64,000 nucleotides of DNA, taken from the NCBI GenBank assembly GCA_000934665.2, contig JYFJ02000340.1, forward strand, positions 62,001 through 126,000, given 5' to 3'. Source of the DNA: Catajapyx aquilonaris (Eukaryota). A model generated the notes under the pieces. The model worked only from the letters and a program-made list of their open reading frames with translations. It was not told the origin of the DNA and made no database searches. Made by a program: the position numbers and the translations under genes. Shown here in pieces: positions 13,663 through 25,838 of the stretch; positions within the stretch are counted from its first letter, which is position 1; each line of letters begins with the position of its first letter.

Positions 13663-14697
13663 TATAACCAGTTTCTTTGTGGTTAGCAGCACGACCCTAA
13701 CATTGCGGCATTAATGAAACGGAATTAAATTCCTCACCCGATATTGAGTTATTATTATAAATATTAATTTCATCGAATAAATGTACTCGAATGTGAATTT
13801 GTACGCAGCCTATCGACTGGAGAGGCTAGATTGGTGGATGGAGACGCTCGGAGTAGTCAACATGGCTTCAACCACAAATATACAGTAGGCCTATACAAAC
13901 GCTCGCTTTTAGCAGAGTTGCCACCCCGTCGCATTTAAGTGGTGAGCGGATGCACTTTATTATTTAAACATATATGAGCACCTAAATGAAAGAGTTATGC
14001 GAGGATGGTTTAGACACGAGATTGAATTACGTCATTTGCATGCGTTCGCATCCTGTCGCCACAACCGCAGCTCGGATGCCGTCTGGTCGAGCTCAGTGCT
14101 GCCGACACGGGAGTCGAAAATCTTACAAGACGTGTAGCGACGCAGACCTAAAAACGCTACGGACTAGAGTGCGAGCACTTAAGTGGCCGAGCTAAAATGG
14201 ATGCCGGGGGCCCAAAAATGATTCCCTGGCGTAGTTTGAGGTGCAAGTGGGTAGGTTGAGGCAGAAGCGCGGCGCCCGCAGAGTACAAGTTAATGTCAGG
14301 GAGCTGCTGGGGCTAAGTGATTGCTTTCCTAGGCAATGCACAGAGCTGGCTTGGGCCAGATGCGCCCTACCCTGCCCCGCCTTCCCCCACCATCCATTCA
14401 CTTGATATTCAGCGCCAGGCCTCTTTCATTCCGCAGCCTCCTTACTAGCATAGCCTGTAGGAATTAAATGCGTGAGACACGCAGGGAATCAAGACGGAGA
14501 GAGAGCGCCCAAAGGCTGCAAATGGCCGTCTTGCCCTTCCATCCATCCATCCTCTCCCCATCACCTACCCCCCACAGTCTCCATTCACCTTAACTTCGCC
14601 ATCTTTCAATCCCGCAAGTCTCCATTCGCCCCAAGGGACGCAACCTGCCTCAGTGCTTGCCTTCCACATTTGGTACACTCTCATCAATGTTATACAA

Positions 14698-14759
14698 GTG
14701 GGGCGCAGCCCCACGAGGGGAGTGTGGGGGGGCAGAGCCCCCCCGCCGAGCAAAGCGAG
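14698..14759. repeat. Twin GC-rich triloop mini-hairpins, probable mobile-element relic
   Basis: GTGGGGC-GCA-GCCCCAC (14698-14714) and GGGGGGGC-AGA-GCCCCCCC (14726-14744), followed by CCGAGCAAAGCGAG. Confidence 0.5.
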
Positions 14760-17700
14760 TCAATGTTGTAGGCTATACATATATATGCAGCAGGTACACA
14801 CACAAAATCGGCACAATATTATTATACTAAACATTGTAGCATGGCGGCTAGAAATTTTTCATATCCTGTTTTCTTTATGGTAATGACGGTCTGACACGCA
14901 CATAGTATACCTACAGAGCACAGGGGACGACAGTGTTGAATTATGCGCCCTCATTGACACTTTATTTATGTAGTATAATAACGTAGGTCCGTACCAGAAT
15001 AATTCTTCACTTTAATATACCTCCACCCTATTTTAAATCGACATCAAGCAGGCCCCTCCAGATTATGACGTCCAGTTTCTCTCACCAGTTGGATCGATTG
15101 AAAATGCATTTCCAAGCATATGCCACCGGTCCGAGCAAAAAACCCTGTGACTAATACATGTTAAGGCGAGAAATGATATTTGGTAGAGCACCGTGAATGA
15201 GCTTGATCCATCTTATATAGTGCAGCTTACGTGCTTCTAATTGAGCCAAGCGTGGCAATCGACTCTAGGCGTGGGACTTGTGAAACTGTAGACTAGATTG
15301 CTTTCCCATCTCCTTCCATAACAAGGCACTCTTGGACATTCAAACGTGATTAACGATACCTGGAGCTCATGTCGAGTACCTATTTTTTCTACCTTTCATG
15401 CCGTCAGTGCATTTCATTTGCTCAATGGGCTCCGTCGCAAGCTTAATGTAATAAGCAGGGTCTGAAAGGGAGATTTTTGCAACCAACTTTTTTTTTTTTG
15501 CTTACAAGTACCGGATTTAGGCAATAACATGAGTCTAGATGTATCATTAGGAGAAGCCTCGCTTTATATAGGGAAAAGCTCAAACAGGCACGGGAAAAGG
15601 GGGATATAGTTTGAGCTCGTTTGCAGACCTGTGACTAACTGAGAATTTTTTTTTCCTCCATTTTTTGAAAGCTGGAGGGGGTAAGGGGTGGGATGGCTCG
15701 TCAACTAGATATTGAATCCGTGCCCCCAGTGAATTGCACAGGTCTTCTCGGGGGTACCTCCCATCATTTCCCTTACACCGGAACGGTCATGAATGCCAAG
15801 GCGGTCATTTCAGCGAAGAAATAGCGTCTTTAATGTCAAAATTAATTTCGCTTTATAGACAATGGAGTAACATTCTGAAAATTACAACTCCGTTCGCCGC
15901 TCCTACTGACTTTACTGTCATTCGGGATGATTTCATATACCTCATAACCCTGGGGGGGGGGGGTGAGGTGAAACCTTGGCAACTTTGTGTCCGATTTGAC
16001 CCGCCTCGACAAAGCATGGCTCAAAGACGTTTGTTTATAGTCCACCGATATCGTCTTCAGAAATGTTTCTTGTTTTATCAGACGGAGTGTGGTCCATGTT
16101 TGCCGAGCGGTTTCGCACATAATATGCAACCGGATTGTGTCAACATTGTTTCCTTTTCTAGAGGACAATGCGATTTTGTCTTATTCTGTCGGGCGTACCT
16201 ATCAGGTATGTCTATAGCAAGTGCGGTGTGGAAAAAGAAGAGGATTGGGAGAAAAGCACGTTTTCCAATTGGTGGACGAGGCCTTTTCACACACTCCGGC
16301 ACGTAGCCGGAATTCATTTCCTGGATGTTTGGCCGGCCATTAGGGAGCAGGTACAAGTGTCTCACGGGAGGCGATTAAGAAATTAATTCCGACCACCTTC
16401 TCCTTCGGCCTTAGGCCTATACAAAGTGGTCCAGAACTACCCGTCTCTGCAGATTGCTCTTAAGAGCCTACTCTCCATTTTAATGGGTGGGTTCAAACTC
16501 GTTTCCAACTCTGCCATCTTCAGTCACGTGCCATCTTTTCATAGTAAATAGAAATTTTTATCGATGCGTTCATAGGCACTGAGTAAGTCCAATAATGGGC
16601 ACTCACAACATTCCCATAGCCGTGGGCATCCACTAACAAACCAGTCTAGATATCATCCAACCACATGCTATAGCAAGGCTATAGTGAAGACAGAAAATTA
16701 TAGGTTGATGGCTTATTATGAATCTTTAGGACTTAAGGACTTCATCAGGCGATAGAGCAAATAACTGCTACTTAGTTTGTTATTTATCAATTAATTAATA
16801 TGAACTTGGTACAGTACATGCACGTATTTAACTCACGCAATTTTTAAAAAATCTTTTAGGAAGGTGGCGGTTGATGCCATATTTTTTGAAATATATGCTT
16901 TCCACACAGCGCAGCGGCCATGATCAGGAGTCTTCGGCGGTGTTCTTTAGATTTGAAGATTCAGTATAGGCCGTAACCCCGCGCGAGCACACACCCACTT
17001 CTCCCATCATTGCTAGCCGGAGGATACGGGCGCTCATAAAAAAACCAAGATAACATTGCATAAAATACTGTAGCTATATGGCAGCGATTTATTGTTAAAA
17101 ACATACTGCTTGGCGAATGCAAAAAAGTGGGCTAGCGGCTAACCAACTCAGCCATAAAACCCTATCAATTCTTACAAAGAGGTAAGCAAAAAAATGATAA
17201 AGCTAAGCCGCTAATTATGCCTATGCAAATGCCTGATCGTGCTAACAGGCAGAAAAATAAGCATAATTATGCAAAATATTTGGAGTGCCACACTGCCTGC
17301 TACAGCCGAAAGTACACAAAAAATCGATAGTTTCTCGTCGGGCTTAGTGTAAACAAATTGCAATTCGTTAGTGTACCTTACACATGAACTGACACCAATG
17401 GAATCTACCAATCAAAAATGTCGAAAAAGGATGCGAATACTAAAATAATACGCCCTAGGTCTCCCATTTTCCGCGTCTTCTTTTTAAAACCCTCGTAAAA
17501 TAATTGCTTTGCCAGAGAGAAATTTGTCGCCCACAGCATTCTGAAAGCAGCTGGTGTTTGGCACATCAGTTTAGGAACACCCGGTAGACAGTATAGGAGA
17601 AATGCGAGGCTAGGCAAAGTCGGAGGATTGAATAGGAAGAGTTTCGTTATGACTCCCCGTTATGGCTGGACCATTCCTTGGCCTTGTTAACTATAAAATC

Positions 17701-19280
17701 AGCAGGGCCGGGGAATTCATCTCCTTTTTATTCCTCCGCTTCACCATGCTTTTACTGACACTTCACCTCCGGATGCTTCCGAATCAAGGCCCACTTCTCA
17801 TATCGGGCCCGATCAGTTTACGAGCCTTCGCTTGACACTCACTTGAGAATTATGTCGGTATTTAATGCTGCCTGTGCGACCCCACTTGCGATCTGGCTCC
17901 GTCCATCCATGCCAGATCTTCTGGCAATGCGATTGCTATAAGGATGCGGTCAACGTACCCTGTAGTGTAGCCTACAAAACGTCGGAAAACACTCGGGATT
18001 GTTTTGCCTCGTCGTAACTCTCAAGCATGAAACTGTGGGAAGACGTACCTTTATCCCTGACGTTTATAGTGGCCGCCTGAAAGATACGGCCTTCTTTCAA
18101 ACAATACAACGAAGGATGCAAAAAAAGGGAAGGAAAATCGTGGATATATATTTTCCGAAAGATGTTTCCTGTCCTCCCTCCCCTTTTCCCCATTTCGTAT
18201 GTTACATCTACCGTATATTGATCCACATGGTGGCGTTACACCCCCCCGTGCTGCATGATACGAATAGTAATGACCACACTTGGCCGCAAAACATGCCGCT
18301 GAGCGACAATCATTCATGGGCCACTTGTCTGCCTGATGATTTCAGTCACAACTGCGATACGGCCAGAGCTCAATTCAATTGCCTCCGAATATTGGATCCG
18401 GACTCTGACCCTATACGACCAAGCAGGGTGCCAGTATGCATGAAGGAAGAGTCAACTGACTGCATTCGTTAGTCCCTTTCATTTATACTGTAGCTGCTGT
18501 CTGCTCACCTTGTTTGCTGTTACGATTCTTTTGAAAAGATACAAAACTGGTGTAGTCAAGATTCGTCGCCTAGGGATATCTCTGGAGCAGGAAAATGAGC
18601 TCTCAAATTAATACCAGTAGCTTCCTTATTTCGTGCAAAGAGAACTTCCTCGTGCAGGTCTTAAGAAATCAGGAAGAATACAAGGAATTCAATAGTCATA
18701 GTCAGCTTTTGTTGGAATTCAAGCACAGCAATAGGGAGGTTTGATCTATTTAACTTCACGATTTTTATCAGTGACAATACGCATTTTTTTTACAAGAAAT
18801 ATACGTCAATTGGGGTGATATTGTGCCAGGTGGGGTGAGAATGTGCCAGCGAATTTCTGGACAACAGCGCGCCCTACTAACAGCAAGCGAATTTAGGCAT
18901 GTTTTACTACATTGAGGGATGGTCAAGGTTGGCAATGACGAGTTTAAAAAATGCTCTGGCACAGTCTCACCCCAATTGACGGTAGCACTTCATAATGCAG
19001 ATAACATACGAGCATTTAATTCATTTGACCAATACTGTTTGGGATACAATAAAACGATACGGTATCTATATTATTAAAAGCCGGCTGTCGTGGAAACTCC
19101 TCCCGCACTGTACGGCCTACAGCTTTGGGAGTGATGTCAAAATTTTGCCCGTGTTTCAATATTTGCAAGCCCCTTTTTTTGGAAACGGTGCCGAGGGAAT
19201 TTGTAAAACTCAAAAAACGCAAAAACAGGTCGACCGCGGCCTTTCCACGGAATTCACATTTCCGCCGTTCCGGGCGCAGG

Positions 19281-19294
19281 GCGCCACCTCCTGG
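19281..19294 (-). promoter_or_regulatory. Candidate CTCF-binding motif
   Basis: Minus strand reads CCAGGAGGTGGCGC, one mismatch from the CCASYAGRKGGCRS core. Motif match only. Confidence 0.3.
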
Positions 19295-22200
19295 GTGGCG
19301 ACTCGCTTACTACTGCACTTCACTTCACTTCAGTACCATGCTTCACCGTCGGATGTCGCTTCGATGCTGCTACCTGGTGCGGGTCTCTCTCCACTTTCGC
19401 ACTTTTTGCCTAATTTTTTGCCAAATATGGGCAAGTTCGTGCCTAGTATTTTTTAGTTTTATTCTGCGCTGGTGGATCTTAAGTAGGCGTACCATCTGGC
19501 CTGTTACTATCGGTAACACAGCCTAATATCATATTTATACTGCCGTGGCTGGAAAATACTGTATCAAATAAGCCTGCAGTCCAGGAGCACCCACACAGAA
19601 CTGGGCAAAAAAGGCTATCAACTAGCCATGCAGCCATGAAGTAGGGTAGTGCATGGAGCTGGAGAAGTCAAAGTGTGGCAAAAGGGCTCGCATTTGGTAG
19701 AATCAGGCGGAAAATGCAAATCCAGTAGGCGGAAAGTTTCATTTTGCCAAGGGGCCCATGCAGTCGAGAACTACTGGAGCAAGCCGTGTGGGACGCCACT
19801 CGATTCAAGGGGGCCATTGCACCAAATGCAATACCGCCACCATTTCGCTTTGCCGACTTGTACCGTACACAGAAATTCCTAAACAGCACTTCTCAAGATG
19901 AAGAGGCAGAGGGGCCAGAGAAAAGGGAAATCAGTGGAAACGGTCCTAACCTTTCCTTAACCTTTCTCCACTACCTATACATTCGTTCTCTGGGGCAGCC
20001 GGCTCTGGCTGGCTGGTTGGAATCGGCTTGTACTCTACTGCGCAGGCAATTTCAACTTGGGCTGATGTAGCTTAATAATGTAGAGCCTAGCCCTGACACG
20101 TTTTAATTAACTCTGCAGCAGAATCCCTCCTGTTAGCCTTTGCATCATCAAACTTTGGGAAGCCATTCCGTACACCCACCAAATATGCCACATTATGTGT
20201 ATATACGCTCTTTCCTTCCGTATTCATCAAAAGTGTTTAAAAAATCCGTCCATTCCGTTTATGACTTGCCCAAAAATGGCGGGAGTCGGATTCGTGTCAA
20301 GATATTCCAAAGTCAAACATGGCAAATGGAGGCAACAATTTCGCTCTCTCATGCCTCTTCTTCCCTCGCGCAATTAATAAATGAGCGGCTTAAATGAGCG
20401 GATTCCTTACGTCTTGCATTCTCTGAACAGAAGGGAAGTTTCCAATAACTTCTCGCGTCAAAACTTCGTCTTTCTACGCCAAGACTGAAAGCGCAATTAT
20501 GCAAGCGTCGACGTCACTGACGACAGGATGCGTATGACATCAAGACGTAGCAGGAGACACTGGACAATTGGGCGACACTCAGGGCGAGTGGAACTAATAT
20601 CACCATCAGTTGATGATCGCGACATATCGCCTAGTTTGCGCCAGGCCTAATGCCGTCTGGCAACTCTCTGGCAACTCGACGGGGTTTCACTTGGTCCTTG
20701 CCCCTTGTCACACTGGTTTTTGTTCGCAGAGCTTGGTGGAAGAGCTATCGAAAGTAAGGGTGGGGCGGAGAATGGGAGGAGTTGGTGTCAAAGAAAATGT
20801 TGAAAAATTGTTCCCATTTTTGCTAGTCAATTACTGAAGTAGCAAAAGCAGAGCATTTTTTTCTACCGCAGTATCCAGTAGCTCTTCTCGAAAGGAGTGG
20901 ACCTGGCCCAACCTCTATGTCCATGGTCGAAAAAAAAATTCTAATGTATGTCCATCCTTTATCGAAACCCGACCATGGGAATATTTCCAATCCGGCTCAT
21001 CCTGCCAGAGCAGCAGGATTGAAATTGTCATGGGCTAGCGTAATAGGCTTTTCTCTAAAACGTCCCTTCGCCTCCCTCATGATTGTATCATGCATGTTTC
21101 AGAGCCTCTGTTTTATTCCTTTCCAGAAAACTTGCGATTTTTTTTACATATTATTTTGCTAGCACTACTGATTGTGAATGTTACCAAAGCTAGTTTGTAT
21201 TTTTAAAATGCAAAAATTACTCTCACTTGCCAGTTTATGAATAAGCAAGGCACACCGTGCGCACTCTATACACTGGAAGAGAAAAACTGGACTCATGTCA
21301 AAGGCAGCTGCAGCACACGATTATCTTGATTAATCGCTCAATCAAGCCCCGTGAATGTCGCCCAAGACTTGGGAAATCGAACACACCGCTGCTAATTGGA
21401 CGGCGAATAGAACTGGCCCACATTACAAGTCTGACTGATAGGAGGCATTTTTTTGTGAAGAGGACAACTTTTTATCACCTTCAACCAGTATATTGCAGTA
21501 TAACATACTGATGGATACATGCCATTAGACAAACGCGCATTTTGGGCCAAAGTCTTCTTACAGCAATATCCCACATGGCATGGTAGTATCACGATTGGTA
21601 CTCGAGTTATTGACTGCTGTTTGGGAAGCCACGAGCGCACTCGAGCAAGACGATGAATCAGCAGAAGTACCAAATTAGGCTATACAAGCTTATGACAAGG
21701 CATACGACTTGCCTCTTGACCTCACATACAGTATAAATGAAACTTGCAGAGTCGTTGCTTGCAGTTTAAAAAAACAGATGGCCTTGCTAAATATTTTACA
21801 GATCGCATTTTATAACTTATTATTACAATTTTCAATTGAAAACCCTGAACATGCAGTGCCTGGTGATTGCAAATAGGTACACTGTATTGTATGTAGTTTG
21901 TGAGACTTTAATTTAGAAATGGCTTACACGCCAATAAACTCTATACCGTATGTCACAATTTGGTACAAATTTTGAGACACAGAACACTGAGATTATCAGG
22001 AGTTTTTATGAAACATAAGTTAATATCACACTGAACAGAATGACAAAACATGAGCGTCATTGTCATTTTGTACGATGCACAAGCAGGATTCAAGGTGTTT
22101 AAATCTCTCATTCCCACACGGACACAATATTCTTCCATGAAAGCTGTCTTAATTATGAATCTTTTATGAAATTATCGACCTTTTAGGCTCTGTTTTTGCT

Positions 22201-25014
22201 CATTATAAAGTAAGATAAAACTTTTTCTGATTAAGTAACTAATGGGCTTGCATTTAATCTGACAATGTCAGAAAATACGATCAACTTGACAGTTATTCGT
22301 CATTATCCTCGAAGGAAGGAGCAGACACGCAAGCTGCCAACCTTCCTTTTATACCCCATAGATCTTACGATGTCTTTTCCTATACTGAATTTATACTTTT
22401 GCAACTTAGCTCACCCTCTAAGCTAGTCGTACATTGGTTTCATGCGCATGCGTCATAGGTGGAGAGCCAACTTCATTCATGTAGAGTAGCCGATAGTTTA
22501 GTCCCACAGGCAGCTTAACAACCAGACTGTCACTCGATACTCTTTGTACTCTAGTGGAAAAAAGGAAACCGAATTCCATTGGTCAAAATAAATCACTGAA
22601 ATCAGAGACTGTTGAAGGAGTTTCGAAATTTATTTACATTTTGGTTTTACCTGCGCGAGTCACATAAAATTGGTAGAGTACACTGAATATTACTGCCCTG
22701 AATTCTATCTTCTCTTTCCGAAATGTGTGTCAGACCTACAGTATAGTCCAGTGTATTATTATGCGTGCAGTGTACAGCTTCTATAGAACCCTTGCGCAGA
22801 AATTGTTTATCTGCGCCCAATTTAGAACTATGCATGAGAGTTTGTGTGCATATATTGTGATACCCGATTCACGCTACTGCACACCATGCAACATGTTGTA
22901 CACTAAACTGTGTAAATGCGATTCTTGCTCATGCATCGGCTATGATATGGTACTTGCAAATAGGTTGGGCATTTTCATTGCGGTACATCATTATTCCATA
23001 AACTAGTACATACTACATTGCCCCTTTGCGCCCATCAAAGTTTCTGTAAATAAGGATTGAATCCCTCTGGCCTAAAACTGAATTAATAACATGGCATAAC
23101 CAAAAAATATTTAATGCAAAATGTGCTTTATTGGAACGAATGATGCAGTATTCAGAAGCACAGGATGAGTCAAGTCCCTGCACATTAATAACATTGCGCA
23201 TTTAACCAGTTATGGGATGTGAAGCCTCACACAATTGTTGATGTATTAACGAATGTAAATGATTTTCCATAATAATCGCGACAGAAAATGTAACGTGGGA
23301 ATTGTACCTATATTGTTGATTTACAATAATCATAACTGTTACTCTGAAAGCAGTTTGCAGAAATTTTATGACTCACCGTGATTACAGTGAAATAATTGCC
23401 TCCTGATCGTAAGCAATAGAGTAGTTTTACTATTGGTTTGATATGTGTCCTTCAGTGATACCCTTCTGATCTTACAAGTTATAGACTCTTGACTGTACCA
23501 TTCTCACGCAAGTACAGTAGGCCTCCACTGTAATTCTAGCTTTAAAGCAGAATCTGTCTCTTTGGCTTTTATTCGCGCAAGTTGGGATCTAGCAGAACAT
23601 GGTGGACAAAATATAGCACTAGAAAGAGAAAAGGTGAACAAAGGCTGCTGCAGTGTAGGAGGTTCCGAGATTTATTATTTCCTAGTACTTGGTCGCTTTA
23701 AAATTATTGCACTATTATTCTGGCAAAATCCGCCAAGTTTTAATCACTAAGTTAAGCAATGTCACTTCACTGCTTATAATTAGACAGTGACAAACGTGCC
23801 ACCTAATTGTGTTGTAATCGTGAACAAATATTTTTCGACTCCAAGACCAACATTACATAATAGTTAATTTATTGCAATGCGCAAATGATATCGCAACATA
23901 TTTGTGAGTCAACTTCAACCTAATTAAAGTAAGGTAATATTTTCAGCTCCATAATTTTTCCCGCCGAACGTCAATGTCCATTGCGAGGCTCCAGAATGCA
24001 AGCTCTCAGAGTAGCACATCATAAAGCTGAGTGATCCCACTCACCAAGTCACTCATCCATCAAATATATATCGGTTTTCCCCACGTACAGTACGGGTCTA
24101 AAACCTTGCTCTACAGTATGTGACACCTGCATCCTAACCACGATCAAGTTATTATTCAGGAATTTTCATCCGGAGCCCGTCGAATAATTCAAATCTCCGG
24201 AATTCCGTGCCCATTTCCATGAAATTCCGAATCCAAAACCCTGATATGGGGAAACACAATCGGGACGAAAAAATAACAGAAGAAGCTTGCGAATGAGTGC
24301 ATTCCAGAGGCGACTGCTGTACAGTACAGTACCATACCTATCCAACGTGTGGCTTTTGGATATGTAGCTTTTCTAACAGTAATATCGAATTCGTTTCAAT
24401 GAGCTTCAAATATTTCGTATCACCAACGAACTGCATGCCTGTCAGCTATCGAGAACTGTACGTCATTCCTGAGCCAACATCGTTAACAATGACAGTACCC
24501 TCTCAACCAACAGCCTCAAAGTATCACTGCGTCAATATAATGTCAAACACTTTTTAACGTCAAGAGTGTGGTCATCACGTCAACACACTGTGAAGGGTCA
24601 TCACACAGATCTATGTGTCAGGTGTGACAATCACAACATCAGGAGCGTCCCTCTATGTAGTGCCTAGGCTATACTGTATAGGTAATATGGTTGCGTTTCA
24701 CCCACAATGCTGGGCTGGTGCATTCATTACCATCGTGTGCGTTATTTCACTTTGCTTGCAACCCAAACACCCCAAAAAGAATAAACACAACAACGACTAC
24801 ATAATGAAATTGGCCCCTGCAATGAAATGAATAGCGCCATTGGCCAGGCCACATTTTATTTTCTTTCAATTGAACACACATCAAGCAGAAGTATTTTGAA
24901 CTGCAAATCGTGTTGACAGGGACCAGAGTTGGGCGCATAAATTCGCAGGGAATGAATCAACCGATGCCGCATGCATGGCTCATGTGGAAACCAATCGGGG
25001 GGGGGGGGGGGGAG

Positions 25015-25020
25015 NNNNNN
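25015..25020. other. Assembly gap
   Basis: Six Ns after a long G run. Confidence 0.95.
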
Positions 25021-25460
25021 AGAAAAAAGGGAAACGAACGAATGAAAAAAAATTGCGCAGTCATGGCGCGTTTTGTTTCAAATGTTATGCTAGGCACTGA
25101 TCTAGCGTAGAATTGGAGTGCGCCATGATGACCACATTCCAGGGTATCGTATTGATCCTCTCGGAGGATAACGAGGTGCTAATTGCACTCGGTCACTCCA
25201 TCCAACGTCATAAAACAGTCGAGGGGTCACCCACATTCCCCCACTTCATTCCCATCAAAAGCTCCAATTATACTATAGTAGTTTGGCTCATCACATGCAC
25301 TATCCATCTCGTTTAGATGCCAACAGTGTTCTTATGACCGGCCACTTCCCAGCACTATATGTGTACATTATGTAGGTTACGCTACGGCTCCAGTAGTAGG
25401 TCACTTCCAGCCACCATGTTTCAGAGGAAGGGAAAAGCTGGGTAGAAGTATAGCCATGAC

Positions 25461-25838
25461 CAGCCCCCAGACCATGGTCTTAGAATACTAAGGTCTGGAC
25501 ACTCCCTCTTATCGCCTGCCGGGGAGTTTTGCATGAGGTGCTCACCTGAGAGCACCATGAGACCTTTCACTGCTCTATTATGTGGCGACCCTACCTGACT
25601 AAGCTGAACTTGGGTAGAAGGGAAGCCGCTACATGCGGGCCCAACATGGCCGCCGGCGACCATGTTGGGTCCCCCAATGTAGCGCTTCTCTTTTGTACCT
25701 ATAAAGTTCCGCGTAGTCCGGTAGGGTCGCCAATAGAGCAGTGAAAGGTCTCATGGCACTCTCAAGTGAGCACATCATGCAAAACGCCCCGGCAGGCGAT
25801 AAGAGGGCGTGTCCGGACCTTAGTATTCTAAGACCATG
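25461..25838 (+). mobile_element. Foldback MITE family with 8-bp TSD (P-superfamily-like), copy A, rearranged
   Basis: Flanks GCCATGAC (25453-25460) and GCCATGTC (25839-25846). Starts CAGCCCCCAGAC, then a near-symmetric foldback CATGGTCTTAGAATACTAAGG...CCTTAGTATTCTAAGACCATG; homologous to 32262-32800 and 44237-44605. Confidence 0.9.

Noticed and set aside
17957..17966. TACCCTGTAG, the start of miR-10
   Set aside because: The match stops after 10 nt and no precursor hairpin is evident.
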